DNA of 64,000 bases from an uncultured Spirochaetota bacterium (lineage in GTDB: Bacteria > Spirochaetota > Spirochaetia > SZUA-6 > Fen-1364). A program made the position numbers and the translations under genes. The notes below the pieces were generated by a model. That model saw nothing but the letters and a program-made list of their open reading frames with translations. It was not told the origin of the DNA and did not search any database. Positions 1-11,795 of this stretch are shown here, piece after piece; the stretch's first letter is position 1, and each line of letters opens with the position of its first letter. The stretch covers positions 32,001 through 96,000 of the forward strand of contig CAWGAA010000002.1 of assembly GCA_963820525.1 (NCBI GenBank), written 5' to 3'.

Positions 1-638
1 AACCGGTCCTTCTGCAGCCGGGTGACCGCCGTATCGAGAGGGACCATCACGACATCGTCCTGGTCCTCGCCCATCCCCGTGCTGCCCTTGTCCGCCAGGA
101 CGCCGATGATCGTGAACGGAGTTGTCTGGATGCGGATGCGCTCCCCGATCGGACTCGCGTCGCCGAACAGCTTCTTGGCAACCGTGAGGCCGACCACCGC
201 CACCTTGCTCCGCGCGGTGAGGTCCTTCCCGGTGAAGAACTCCCCGCTCTTCACGCCCCATTGCTTGATCGTGAGGTAATCCGGTTCGACGCCCATCACG
301 GTAGTGGACCAGTATCCCGATCCGCCGACCACCTTGAAGCTCTGGCGGACCTCTCCGGAAATCGCGGCGATGTAGCTGGTCTCCGCGCGGAGCTTCGCCA
401 CGTCGGCGCGGGTGATCCTGTTTGCCCCACGCGGGCCGCGGGGCGGCATGACCATGATGAGGTTCGTCCCCATTGAGGCGATCTGTCGGGCGATCTGCAC
501 CTGCGACCCTTCGCCCACGGCGATCATCACGATGACCGAGCCCACCCCGATAATGATCCCCAGCGAGGTGAGGAGGCTGCGGATTCGGTTCCTGAAGATG
601 CTGCGCACCGAGTAAATGAGAAGCCTTTCAACTGTCAT
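1..638 (-). CDS. MacB/FtsX-like ABC transporter permease (partial, runs off window start)
   Basis: Manual translation from ATG 638: MTVERLLIYSVRSIFRNRIRSLLTSLGIIIGVGSVIVMIAVGEG, a typical MacB permease N-terminus; ATGA overlap with the ATPase stop. Confidence 0.9.
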   Translation of the reverse strand, partial: MTVERLLIYSVRSIFRNRIRSLLTSLGIIIGVGSVIVMIAVGEGSQVQIARQIASMGTNLIMVMPPRGPRGANRITRADVAKLRAETSYIAAISGEVRQSFKVVGGSGYWSTTVMGVEPDYLTIKQWGVKSGEFFTGKDLTARSKVAVVGLTVAKKLFGDASPIGERIRIQTTPFTIIGVLADKGSTGMGEDQDDVVMVPLDTAVTRLQKDR

Positions 639-1402
639 GGGAGTGCTCCATTCGCGGCGGACAGGAGAACGTGCTTCTCCTTCCATACCGCAAGATCGTC
701 CACGGCCCGCCTGTGCGCACGAACCGGTTCGTCCGACACCACCTCCCCGTCCCGCATGATGATGATCCGGTGCGTGTAGGCGGCCAAGTCCGGCTCGTGG
801 GTGACCATGACTACGGTCTTTCCCCTCTGGTTCAGCTCCTGGAAGATGCTCATGATCTCCAGGGTCATCTCGGTATCGATGTTTCCGGTCGGCTCGTCCG
901 CCAGGATGAAGGCGGGATCGTTGACGATCGCCCGGGCGATGGCAACCCGTTGCTGCTGTCCGCCGGAGAGCTGAGAAGGCATGTGGAACAGGCGGTCGTC
1001 AAGCCCCACCTCCTCCAGCGCCCTTCGGGCCTTTCGCGAGAGCTCCCTCCTGTTCGCGGAGCGGCCGTAGAAGAGAGGCATCTCGACGTTCTCCAGCGCC
1101 GTGGTCCGGGGGAGCAGGTTGAAGCCCTGGAATACGAAGCCGATCTTCTCGTTTCTGATGCGCGCGAACTCGTCGCTGCCCGCCTTGGAGGTCTCTCTGC
1201 CGTCCAGGAAATAGCTCCCCGCTGTCGGCTTGTCCAGGCAGCCGAGGATGTTCATCAGCGTCGACTTCCCCGAGCCCGAGGGCCCCATCACGGACACGAA
1301 CTCCCCGGTCTCCACGCTCAGGTCCAGCCCACGGATCGCCTTCACGGTTACCTCTCCGACGATGTAGTGGCGCTGTATCCCCCGCAATTCGATGATCGCC
1401 AT
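635..1402 (-). CDS. ABC transporter ATP-binding protein (MacB/LolD-like)
   Basis: GPSGSGKS Walker A, LSGGQQQRVAIARA signature, ILADEPTG Walker B. Confidence 0.95.
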   Translation of the reverse strand: MAIIELRGIQRHYIVGEVTVKAIRGLDLSVETGEFVSVMGPSGSGKSTLMNILGCLDKPTAGSYFLDGRETSKAGSDEFARIRNEKIGFVFQGFNLLPRTTALENVEMPLFYGRSANRRELSRKARRALEEVGLDDRLFHMPSQLSGGQQQRVAIARAIVNDPAFILADEPTGNIDTEMTLEIMSIFQELNQRGKTVVMVTHEPDLAAYTHRIIIMRDGEVVSDEPVRAHRRAVDDLAVWKEKHVLLSAANGALP

Positions 1403-1404
1403 GC

Positions 1405-2730
1405 CTACTCCACTTTCGTCTTGACGATGATGGTTTTACCTTCAAGATCGTCGGCGCCGATGATTTCCGTGCTCGTCCCATTGCTCGTGCCGGTTTTCAC
1501 CATGCGCACGGCAAGCTTGCCGCTGCCGTCGAGATACCAAAGTGCCTTCTTGTCCTGGGCGACCGGCAATCCGGATGCCGCGGTGGCGTTCGCGTTGTTC
1601 CTGCTCCCCGGCGGCGGTCCCATGGGCATCATCATGCCGGCGAGTCCCCGCGCTTGGGTCTTCGTACCGTCCCCGCCCGCTACCGCGCCGGCTGCTTTCG
1701 CGGCTTCCATCATCTTCTGGGCAGCCTCGCGTTGGTCGGGCGGCAGATCCGCGAGCCCGGCGGTGAAGATCATGGCCTGGATCTCCTGGTCCGAGAGTCC
1801 GGAGGGTTGGAATCGAAGCGCGGCATTGGGCACGGTCAGAACGTTCCGCCTGTTCTCCTTTATGAACTCGACCTGGGCCGTCATGCCGGGCAGGAGCTTC
1901 CCCTTGTTGTTGTCCGCGTCGATCATCACGTAGTAGTTGACCACGTTGTCGGTCGTCTCCGGCACGAGACGGATCTGGTGGACCTTTCCGTTGAACGTGA
2001 CGCTCGGATACGCCTCCGCCGTGAAGCGCACCTCCTGGCCGGGCTTGATGGAGGCGATATCGAGCTCATCCACTTCCGCCTTAATCTCCATCCTCGCAAG
2101 GTCCTCGGCGATGGTGAAAATGCTCGATGCGTTGGCACTCGATCCTTCGACGACGCTCTGCCCGACATCCACGTTTCGATCGAGGACGATGCCGTCGATG
2201 GGCGAGGTGATGAGCGCGTATTGATCGAGCCTGGTCTGAATGCTCTCGAGCGCCGATTGGGCCGAGGCGAGCTCGGCGGCGCACACCTCCAGGGTCGTCG
2301 TGCTCGACTTGAGGTCGTAATCCGATATCAATGCTTTCGAGGCGAGCTGCGTCTTGTTCTGCACGTCGAGCTGCTGAAGATCGTAATTCGCCAGCGCCTT
2401 GCGCACCGCGGCCTCGGCTTCCTTCTCCTCCAGCCTGAGCATGTCCGTGTTCAACTCCACGAGCACCTCACCCTTCTTCACGCGGTCGTTGTAGTCCGCG
2501 TGCACCTTCTCGACGCGTCCGCTCATCTGGGAGAGGATGCTCACCGTGGAGACGGCGGAGAGCGTGCCGCTGCTGGAAACGATGCTCTCGATGGATCCGC
2601 GGGCGACCGTTGCCAGCTCGTACGATTCCTTCGCCTTGTCGGTGCTTGCCTTCGGCCGCGCCAGGAGCCATATGCCGCCGGCAGCCGCGATCAGGGCAAT
2701 GGCGATGATAATCCAGGTCCATTTCTTCAT
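1405..2730 (-). CDS. MacA-like efflux periplasmic adaptor (membrane fusion protein)
   Basis: N-terminal TM segment, lipoyl/hairpin motifs (VKKGEVLVEL, ITSPIDGIV, LLPGMTA); operon with ABC genes. Confidence 0.92.
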   Translation of the reverse strand: MKKWTWIIIAIALIAAAGGIWLLARPKASTDKAKESYELATVARGSIESIVSSSGTLSAVSTVSILSQMSGRVEKVHADYNDRVKKGEVLVELNTDMLRLEEKEAEAAVRKALANYDLQQLDVQNKTQLASKALISDYDLKSSTTTLEVCAAELASAQSALESIQTRLDQYALITSPIDGIVLDRNVDVGQSVVEGSSANASSIFTIAEDLARMEIKAEVDELDIASIKPGQEVRFTAEAYPSVTFNGKVHQIRLVPETTDNVVNYYVMIDADNNKGKLLPGMTAQVEFIKENRRNVLTVPNAALRFQPSGLSDQEIQAMIFTAGLADLPPDQREAAQKMMEAAKAAGAVAGGDGTKTQARGLAGMMMPMGPPPGSRNNANATAASGLPVAQDKKALWYLDGSGKLAVRMVKTGTSNGTSTEIIGADDLEGKTIIVKTKVE

Positions 2731-2926
2731 GTGCGTATGCCTTCCTCCTCGTATCGCTTATAAGAGACAAGATCCGTGCCAGGTCGGAAATGCCTGTTTT
2801 CAGGGGAATTCCGCGAATTTGCACCCGCTTCCGGGAAGCGGGTGCGCAGAAAGTGCGCACATCAGGTTTCACTGCGCAAAACATTCGCTATGACTTGGCG
2901 CACGAATTGAGATCGACGTCAAAGGC

Positions 2927-3625
2927 GTGGAAGTCTTCGCTTTCAATCTTGACAGGAGGCTCTACGGGGAGATCAGCAAGCTGGTCTACCGCATGATCCA
3001 GCGCTTCTACAACGCGGCGGCAGGGCGGAGGGTCCAAAGCGCCGCCGTCATCGCCTACTCCTCCGCAGGTGAGTTCGCGCGGTGGAATCCTCACCTCCAT
3101 GCTATCTTCTTGGAAGGCGGATTCGATAGGGAGGGGAGGTTTGTCCATGTGCAATGCCTCAATCTGTCCAAGCTCAGTCAGTACTTCCGCGCCAGCATGG
3201 TCGCCTTCTTCCTCAAGCGCACCCTCCTCAACGAACGTCTGGCCAGGAACACCATCACTATGCTGAGTGACCAGTCCTCTGATTCTCAAGCAAGGCTTGC
3301 ATTCGCGGGCTGTACTCATCGCGCACACGATCCACCTGGAAGCGCTGCCCCCACCTCCTGCGCCTTTCTCCGCTGTCCAAGGCACCGCCTGAGAGCAAGC
3401 ATCCGCCAGGCCGCAGAGTCAATCGAGTATGGACGCGCCTCCTCCACATGGGCCCGCCTCATCGCAAAGCTCTACGGCGCCGATCCCTTGATCTGTCCTC
3501 GCTGTGGAAACAGCATGCGGGTTCTCGCCATCATCACAGACCCCTCCCAGGTCGACAGAATCCTCCGCCATCTCATCAAGATCGGCCGTGCTCCACCGGG
3601 GCTTATACTCGCTCCACGCCACTGA
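2927..3625 (+). pseudogene. Degenerate IS91/ISCR-family transposase remnant (diverged variant)
   Basis: WNPHLH HUH motif and WARLIAKLYGADPLICPRCG C-terminus homologous to 25143..26504; 5' truncated, with internal deletion/frameshift (GLYSSR segment out of frame). Confidence 0.85.
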
Positions 3626-3931
3626 GATCCACCCCAGCTCTCGCCCCGGCTTTCCTCACTCCAGCCGCGTCGCAGAGGTCTGTTCTCGGCGAGCGCTGCC
3701 CTGCCCGGGGTCCACTCCTTCCCTTGCCTGGAACTCCACGGCCTTGCAATTCCGGTCCTTTCACCCGCCCCGAGCACCGAGGAGTCCTCCATGCCGCCGC
3801 CCTTTGGGCCCCTTTTCTACCGTGCCCCCATCCTCACGCAACCCGTCTTGCATATAAAAATTCAGTCATTCTGGCCGAGTGTGCCAGGACCCATCGAGTA
3901 GCGTGCAACAAGAACGCCGAAGGAGGGGAGA

Positions 3932-6900
3932 ATGTTTCACTCTGGCGTGGAAGAGGTCCATGAGGCACTGGCTGCTGATTTCGCTCGGGCGGGAAGAGTG
4001 GTCATCCTCTGCGGCGCCGGAATCTCACGAGACTCCCCAACATGCCTACCGCTGGCATGGGAAATACGCAAGTTGTTCCACGACGCAATACGCGATGCGG
4101 CACTCGACATATGCGGCGAGACGGTTGTGGATTGGGCTTTCGTGAATCAGATGATGCCAGAGAGCATCCTCAGCTCGCTCTTCAGTGTTTTCGCCTACGA
4201 CGTCTTTCGGTTCATGGACCCCTTCTTTGAGCGGCGGCCGAACGCCGACCACGAAAACCTCGTCCGCCTCGCCCTGAGTGGGGCCATTTCTGACATTATT
4301 ATACATAGCGTCCTAAGTAATTGCGCATAGACGACGTAATGTTTCATTTGGAGCCTCCCACTGAGCGAAGCGGTCTTCAACCGCGGACGTGACATCGCCC
4401 ATAGTAGGGAAGTATCTGTTATGCAGACAGAGCCGTCTGGTGAGCTTCCACATCCTTTCGATTGGGTTCAGATCGGGACTATACGGCGGCAGATAATCGA
4501 GTATGAAAGATGCACTGTGCTCCTCGCGCCACTGCTTGTGGAGCTTTGCATGGTGGTATCTAGCATTATCAGTGATCACGACGATGTGCCTTTGACTCTT
4601 TGAAGTTCTGAAGCGCAATTGCTTCATGAACACGAAGAATGTATTCGCGTCGAAACTATCCTCTTCGCGTTTGAAGAAGAATTTGCCGTCGCGCAGACGA
4701 ACGGCACCGAAGTATCCCACGCTCTTTCGCCCGGGATAATGTAACAGTACCGGATCTTTGACTTCGGGTGGAACCCACATTCGGCATCGTGAGCCGTACT
4801 GCTGAAAGTGTACCTCATCCGTCGCCCACAAATCTATCTCTTCATCCAGCATCAACGCCTTGAGTTTTTTTTATAATCGGTCTGGCGAGCCGGATCGGCT
4901 CGCGCAATTATTGGGCGAGGCTTGCGTAGTCGGAAGTTGAGTTGTCGAAAGACGCGTTGACATTGACGTACACCCAATCTGACTTTATAGCGCTGTACAA
5001 TGAAGGCGGAGAGTGTCTTTCCATCCCATAGGTTACCAGACAATCCAGCAGCAGTTGGTGATTGTCGAAGAGCGCGGCTTACTTCTTGTATTTGCTCAGG
5101 TTTGAGGCGTGTGGGTCGTCCAGTTCGGTCGCCTTCAACAATGCCCGCGAGTCCCTCCGCCTCGAAGCGGCGAATCCAATACTGCACGGTTCGGGGTGCA
5201 TCGCCAAGAAAATGCGCAACCTCAATACAGCTCATTCCCTGGGCTACTAGCAGAATGCCATGAAGTCGATGATCATAGCGGGATTCCTGTGAACGACGGA
5301 TTTCGTCTTGCAGTCCAAGGATGATAGTGGGGGCATCCGCGATAATCAGTTGTTTCATTCCTATATAAAATCACATTATGCAATTATGCGCAATTACTTA
5401 AGACGCTCTGTATACTCTGAACTTTGACTTCGCACTGGAAAAGGCATGGCGGGAACTGACGCACAGGGACATCGATCCAATCACGAGCTCTAGCGGCATC
5501 GTCGGAAAGCACCCGCAACGTGAGTTTCGCTTGCACAAGCCACACGGAAGCATTTACGAACGCAACCGGCGTTCGGGCCCGAGGGAGAGGTATTTGGACC
5601 TGCACTTCACGATTGAGAGAATTGGAACCGCGCCAGACGATGAACTCTCCGCTTGGTTTCAGGAGGTTCTGGCGGGTAAGACTCTCTTTGTAACGGGGTA
5701 CTCGGCCCAGGATCTGGATATTTTCCCAGCCCTACGCTCGGTGCAGGGGATGGAGCGAGTCTACTGGAACTTCTTCCAGAGAAGCGACTGGGAAGAACGG
5801 GACGATGACCCCCCACCGAAGAAGGCGCTTCTCAAGTGGCTGGATGGGGCGTACTTGCTGTTCGGGCCAGTTGCGGAGCACCTGCCCACCGTGCTGGAAA
5901 AGGTTGGCATGGAACCGTCGGTTCTCGGAGGGGCGGACAAGAACAAGCCGCATGGATGCTCGCCCGGAGCCATCATGGACAACAAGCCCGGACTCCTGCT
6001 CGGGGGCGCGCTTGTACTGCATTCGGTCAACCGCCCTGGTCAGGAGGAGGCGGTACGTACAATTCTAAAGAGGTTGCGGAAGTGGACGAATATGCACCAC
6101 ACCGACGATAGGTATCCCGACGACGTCCAACGACGGTTCCGCATCATGGCCAATCAGCTTGATGCTGATCTCCTCCAGGAGGCTTCGTCTCCGAAGGCGT
6201 ATCGCGCCTACCGCAAAACGGTGCGCCTCCTTGACGCCTATGTTGGCGACGAGATTGCTGCCGAAGTCACTCCGCGGCAGACACGCTGCAAGATGCTCTG
6301 GAGCGCCATGCGACGGACACCGGGCATCGAAGGTGTTTTGTTTCGGCCGGCTTGGTCCTTTTTTCGCCTCTGGCTGATGGGTCGGGGATGGGAGACTCGC
6401 GACGCGGGAACGCGGAGGCTCGCGCAACACTTCGTCGGCGGGGTATTCTTCAGGCTCGCCCTATACGTGGACGTGATCCTCGATCTCCCCTCGACCGCGC
6501 GATTGTTCTACGCGATAGCGCACGGCCATTACTCCCGTGCGACGCGCAGGCTCGGACCATGGAGAGCGCGGGACACGTTCCACTACTCTCGGGCGGACGA
6601 GAGTTGGCTCCTGTCGCGCAGAAGGACTGGCCAGCGTGAAGGTCTTCTCGTGTTCCCGGGCGGGCTGGAGAAACGCCTTGCCCACTATGAGTACGTGCAA
6701 GGCGTTCTTGAAGGCGACGTCGGCCTGGCTCAGGTCCTGTTATTCAGGGCGCTCGCCGCGAGGCTGACACCACCACGAGATGCTGATTCGAGGGCCGGTA
6801 TTCGCGACCTTCTTCGAAAAGCCTCTACGGTCTACGCGACGCGCAACTACCGCGCCGGCATCGAGCGGGCACAGGTTTACCGTTGGATTCTGGAGCCGGG

Positions 6901-7018
6901 AGTGAGGATGGCAGGGAGTCTGACTCGTGCCATCGGGCGTGTAGCGACACTGCGGGCCATACAACGAGATCCTGAAGGAGAGGCAGACCGGCTGCTGCGC
7001 GAACTCTCACCGGTATGA
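3932..7018 (+). pseudogene. SIR2-like domain protein with long helical C-terminus, interrupted by IS630
   Basis: Removing 4302..5412 and one TA fuses the two ORFs in frame (about 657 aa): GAGIS, IITLNFD, HKPHGS, FVTGYSAQDLDI sirtuin motifs. Confidence 0.85.
4302..5412 (-). mobile_element. IS630-family element (orfA 4852..5358, orfB 4313..4855)
   Basis: About 28-bp terminal IRs (TACA..GCGTC.TAAGTAATTGCGCATA), TA duplication, DDE motifs DEVHF/DNARYH/YSPDLNPIE, A7C slippery site. Confidence 0.95.
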
Positions 7019-7079
7019 AGAGACGCGAACAAGCTCATGCACAACGCCATAGGGAATCGAGCGCTTCACGCGGCGACTA

Positions 7080-8290
7080 GTACCTCGTCCATCTAATTCA
7101 GAACAGCATCGTAGTGTCTTTGAAGCTTGTCGCGGGCTTGGTCCGTTGTGAACCGCCAGCCGATCTTTGCCCGCTCCTTGTCGTGCCGCATTTGCCACGC
7201 CCATAGCTGAGTTCGTAGTTCCCTGATGCTCCCTATCCGTCGAGCGAAGCATTGCTTGGACATCACGGAAAACTCAATCTCCGCCATGTTCAGCCAACTG
7301 GCTTTCTTGGGGGTGAAATGTATCTCAAAGCGCTTGGACAGCGCTCTGGCCTCATTCGCTGCATAGAACTCATAGAAGCAGCCGGGACCATGGGTGTTCA
7401 GGTTGTCCTGGATCAGCACGATCCGCTTGGCCTCGGGGTACTTCGCCGACAGCCTTCGCATGAAGCTGGCGTACTCTCGCTTGCCCCGATGACGGTGTAC
7501 TTCCACCTGCCGTCTGCCAGCTCGAGGTTCTACGGCCGCCAACACGCAGCAGGTCCCTCGCCTCCTATATTGGTAATCCACCTTCGCAGCGCAGCCGGGC
7601 TTCATCGGAAGCTCTTGCGCTAAGCCCTGAAGAAGCTGATACGGCCGCTCATCGAAGCAGAGCACGGGAAACTGCGGATTGTAGGCCCGTTCGTAGACTT
7701 CCAAAATGTCCTCCATGCGCGCCAAGTACTCCCCCGTTATCTGCCCAAGGCACCACTGCTTCTTTTGCCACGGCTTGAGGTCGTTTTTTTTAGCACCCGC
7801 CGAACCGTCTCATGCGAAATCGAGTCTACTTCCTTGACCTCCACCAATTTGTCCGCCAAGAGCCGCAGCGTCCAGCGACTGCGCCCCTGCGGTGCATCCG
7901 TGCAGGCAATCGTGGTCAGCATCGCTTCGCCCTTCCCGCTAAGTTTCGGCGGATGTCCTGAGCGAGGCTTCTCCCCCAGCGCTACTGGCGCAGCCCCAAT
8001 CGCCAATACTTCTCTCGCGTCGCCGCCACCATCCGCAGGCTGATCCCCAGCGCCTTGCAGATCTCCCTGTCGCTCTTACGCCCCTCTTTCACCCTCTCAT
8101 CGGCCATGAGCAGAATGCGCGCCCGATTGATCACTCTCGCTTTCTGTACTCCCTTATGAACCAGCGCCTGCAGGTGCTTTCGTTCCTTTACTCGCAACAC
8201 GACTCGGTATCTCTTCCCTCCCATACTGTTCCCCTCCGAGAACCAGTATGGCACAAGTCCATGGTGTTGTATACTTCAATGACATAGCAC
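7080..8290 (-). mobile_element. IS630-family element (second type), frameshifted
   Basis: CTAG/TA flanks with imperfect IRs; HTH fragments 7737..8254; DDE ORF 7093..7725 (FDERP, DNLNTH, SWLNMAEIE). Confidence 0.9.
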
Positions 8291-8915
8291 TAGACGGATT
8301 CGATACCCGAAACTGTTCTGCGCCTGTTCACCGGGCAATCATAGTGAGGAGATGACTGACCTCTACGACGCCGGGAAAGAGATTGATTTCCAGAAGGCAA
8401 GGGCTCGGCTGGAAGAACTGGCCAGACCGCCGGAAGCTCAGAAGGAAGCGAAGGCATAGCAGAAGGACTGGTTTCGTCGATGCTGGGCGCTGTCTCGCCT
8501 GCCTTGCAGAATACCCCCAAGACGCCAGTAGAAGGCGTGGCGCTTTATAAACAGGTGAAGGAGGAAATAGGATTGCAGCACTTGAACGTGACGACCCCGC
8601 TTGGTGGCGATATGCGAGAGAGTTTACGCGCAGAGGATTGTGGCCTGTTGGAACGATTGAAACCCACGGCCCGCATCCCCCACCGGCTGACTGCATTTGG
8701 GGTGAGGCTGAAGCTGTCTATGAGGACAACACCTCAGTGGAGGTTCGATTCATAACAGCTCACGGCAAGACTCACTATCAAGACCTTCGCGGACTACGAT
8801 TCAGAAATGCGGACGGCACCACGTATCCCGTCCACCCGAAGGCATCCCAGGGAAAGAAGGTGCGAGACTGGCTGCACCGATGCGACCAGAAACTACGAGG
8901 AGTGGAATAGGGGAC

Positions 8916-8993
8916 TTACCGGTCAAGCACGAAACCAAACGCGTGTAGAAGAGCTACGATCTCATTGTAGCCAAAGCCCGAAAGGCGCCCCAT
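8916..8993 (-). pseudogene. hicA: HicA toxin N-terminal remnant
   Basis: Manual translation MGRLSGFGYNEIVALLHAFGFVLDR*, starting 2 bp after the hicB stop; ends before the GSH motif. Confidence 0.65.
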
Positions 8994-8995
8994 TT

Positions 8996-9256
8996 CTACA
9001 GGGCGAAAGCCGTGTCCACCTCGACGTGCTCGGTAGCAGGCCGGAGAGTGGATGGGAGCGGTTCCCCGTGCTCACGGTACGATTCAAGTAGCTTTCGCGC
9101 AACGTCCCGAGCGTAATCTATCGTTTGGTCGAGCGTGTCTCCCTGCGCCAAAAGATCGGGCAGATCATCAGACGTGGCGAGATACTTCCCTTCGGGAAGC
9201 TTCTCAACATGAAGTCGAAGCAGGTATTCACCCTCGGCGTAGACGTGTTTACTCAT
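8996..9256 (-). CDS. hicB: HicB-family antitoxin
   Basis: YLATSDDLPDLLAQGDTLDQTIDYARDVARKLLESYREHGEPLP, the HicB RNase-H-like pattern. Confidence 0.85.
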   Translation of the reverse strand: MSKHVYAEGEYLLRLHVEKLPEGKYLATSDDLPDLLAQGDTLDQTIDYARDVARKLLESYREHGEPLPSTLRPATEHVEVDTAFAL

Positions 9257-9318
9257 CAAAAAAGAGCATAACATTCCGATTATCCGCTGACAAGTCTAAG
9301 GTGTCATCCGGTTTGGAC

Positions 9319-9976
9319 TCATTTCAGCAGCCCATACTGCTTGCGAAACCACGCCCTACCCAATTTGCTCCGAAGAGCGTTTATCTTCAGATTGTGGCAT
9401 CGACCAACACGCCTTCCGCTACCACAGGGGCATAGTTGTTTGTTAGCCAGCCTCCTCTTCATGCTGGTGAACCGGATCATTTCCAGAGTTGCGTCGCTAC
9501 CTTCTATGCCAAATAGCTCGGAGAAGTCAGACTAGGAGCCCCTTCTTGCCATGGCCGAGCTCCCCGAAAGGCAAAAAGCCTTTCCGCTCATAAAATGAAA
9601 AACCATAGAGATATGGAATCAACAATTGCTCGATAAACGTCACCAGGGTCGGGGAAAGAAGTAGAACCAATCGTAGACGTGTGGCCGATCCCAAGCAGAG
9701 GCTTCCATCTGAGTTCATATGAAAGCGCCGAGGTATCCTGCCAGCAGTCTCTCTGACTACAGGTGGATTGTCAGGGAAACTCGAGGGAACAGAAATGTCG
9801 ACCTTATACTCGTCATTGATCCTTTCACATCCCCTTGCAGTTGCGCTGAAGGACAGGCACCCACTTATCCTGAGCCGATGATCCACCAAGGGTCGCACAC
9901 TAAGGCCATGGTGGATATTCAGCAGGCCAGGGAGGTCCCAGCGCGTAAATAACGCCGAGGTTAGTTCATTCTCCAC
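9319..9976 (-). pseudogene. Prokaryotic E2/UBC-fold protein with C-terminal SEC-C zinc motif (frameshift near 9530)
   Basis: VPSSFPDNPPVV..FHMNSDGSLCLG resembles the E2 active-site region; the shifted frame continues DFSELFG…NKQLCPCGSGRRVGRCH…LLK*. Confidence 0.7.
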
Positions 9977-10197
9977 GGCGCCAAGGCTTTGGAGCTGAGA
10001 CGATTGGAATCACCGAAGAGGGAAAGGTGCAAGTGGTCGCTTCACTATAGATACAGTTTGTCGGGTAATTCAGGCGCCCGTTGGCTCGGTGTTCGACGGG
10101 CCGCGGACCTATGTCGCGCCTTCCGGTGCGCTGTGTGTCTTGTGTGCGTACCCCGCTGGTGCACTGTCAGTCTCGTGACCAGGCGTCCCGTATTCCG

Positions 10198-11589
10198 TTA
10201 GCCGTTCAGCGTCATCCCCTTTCGCCCGGCAAGTTCGCGGATCAGCTTGTTGGTGTTGAATCCCAACACAGCGCGCTGCCCACACGCTCCCATCATGGCC
10301 TCCGAACGAGCAGCTGGACGATTGAACCCGTATCTCGGGCTCTTGATGGTGCCGATTCCCGCCTCCACCATTGCCCTCTCTCTGACCAGCCGGTCGCGCA
10401 CCGGCCCGCTTACCGACCACTGCGTACGTCCACGGGGGGCCAGTCCCACATCCTTGACCCCCAACTTCTTCAAGGTGGAGACATTCTCCGCGCTGTATCC
10501 ACCACGGTCGTAGGCATAAGCCAGCGGCGCCTTGCCAAAGAGCGCGATGTGGTCTTTGACCGCTCGCACCGCGAACTTCGTGTCCTGTAACTCGCGGCGA
10601 TTCGGGGCCAGCGTGGCCAGCAGGTACCCCCCCGCCAGTCGCCTGATGCCCCAGCTCAGCCCAAACTCCACCGATTTGCCCACTTTGCCGCGTACGATGC
10701 TGTAGAGCTGCGGGATATGCAGGCTGATGATCTTGCCGCTGGCCACGCAGCCCGTGCGAATCCAGTAGCGGATCTGCGGGATCAGTTTGCTCATCGTTTC
10801 CTGCAACTGAACCAGCTTGCTTTTGGCCACAATTGCATGCTTGCGTAGCTTTTCCCACTGTGCGGCAGGGGCGCCCAGCGCCTTGCTCAGATGCTCGTTG
10901 AGCTTCTTGACGATGGCGATCATCTGCCCCATCACCCGATCCTTGCTCTCCTTGGTCTTGGCGAACAGGCGGTACTCTCGCCCCTTCTTCTTGGCCGCCT
11001 CGAATTGACTCACCGTCTCCTGCACGAATCCCTTCAGCGCTCGGCCAACTTTTCGGGTTGCGGCAGCCACCGAGGTCAGAAAGCCGGCCATGAGCCCCAT
11101 CTCGTTGGGATAGGGGATCGCCGCTTCCTGCGCTGTGGTGTCGGCCACCAGTGTCTTGGGATCTGCCAACTTTTGTTTCACCGCCATTTGCACCACGCAT
11201 TGATTGATGAGCTTGATCCCCTGCTCGCCCATCAGTTCGGTGAAGTCCTGGATGGTGGTGAAGTCCGGGGTCCACTCCGTTTCGGTCAGCCCGCACAAGT
11301 AGCGCGCTGGGGCGTAGTAGCAGATCAAGTCCTCGGCCTCCCGGTATGTCAGCTTTCGGGTGGCCATCAGCAGCATAGCTCCCAGCAAGGCGCGCAGGTG
11401 CGGCGGCCGCCCAGCGGCGTTCTTGAGCTTGGCGGATCGTATCTGCTGGGCTTGCTCCTCCATTTCTGTCCAGTCCAGGGTGTCGGTCATTTGGACCAGC
11501 CTGTGGTCCTCCGCGATGGAGATGGTCGGGCGCATAGACCTGGGAATCAGAGCGGGTTGGCGCTTGGCACTGGCAGAAGTGGTTTGCAT
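10198..11589 (-). CDS. DDE transposase
   Basis: VADTTAQEA, VEFG, AYDRGG, RAMVEAGIGTIK motifs; lies between the IRs. Confidence 0.88.
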   Translation of the reverse strand: MQTTSASAKRQPALIPRSMRPTISIAEDHRLVQMTDTLDWTEMEEQAQQIRSAKLKNAAGRPPHLRALLGAMLLMATRKLTYREAEDLICYYAPARYLCGLTETEWTPDFTTIQDFTELMGEQGIKLINQCVVQMAVKQKLADPKTLVADTTAQEAAIPYPNEMGLMAGFLTSVAAATRKVGRALKGFVQETVSQFEAAKKKGREYRLFAKTKESKDRVMGQMIAIVKKLNEHLSKALGAPAAQWEKLRKHAIVAKSKLVQLQETMSKLIPQIRYWIRTGCVASGKIISLHIPQLYSIVRGKVGKSVEFGLSWGIRRLAGGYLLATLAPNRRELQDTKFAVRAVKDHIALFGKAPLAYAYDRGGYSAENVSTLKKLGVKDVGLAPRGRTQWSVSGPVRDRLVRERAMVEAGIGTIKSPRYGFNRPAARSEAMMGACGQRAVLGFNTNKLIRELAGRKGMTLNG

Positions 11590-11795
11590 GGACGAGGACC
11601 TCCTGGGGAACGATTGCTCTATCGGCGGCTGCCATGGAGGGGGCGCTGGAGAAGATCAAGATGCCCAGGCCGAGAAAGACGCACACGCACATCGAAGCGA
11701 GGATCCGGGAGAAAAACCAACGCCGGGGAAGCTTGACGGGCAACATATCTAACAGTATTATAACTGTAGACAGTTTTCTGTCAAGATATATTTCT

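Noticed and set aside
671..2763. Long plus-strand ORFs (420 and 369 aa) and similar antisense ORFs (36984..38282, 41486..42598, 55209..56378, 10891..11736)
   Set aside because: Shadow ORFs opposite well-supported genes in GC-rich DNA
8293..8910. Short ORFs between IS630 and hicA
   Set aside because: Fragmented and no family recognisable
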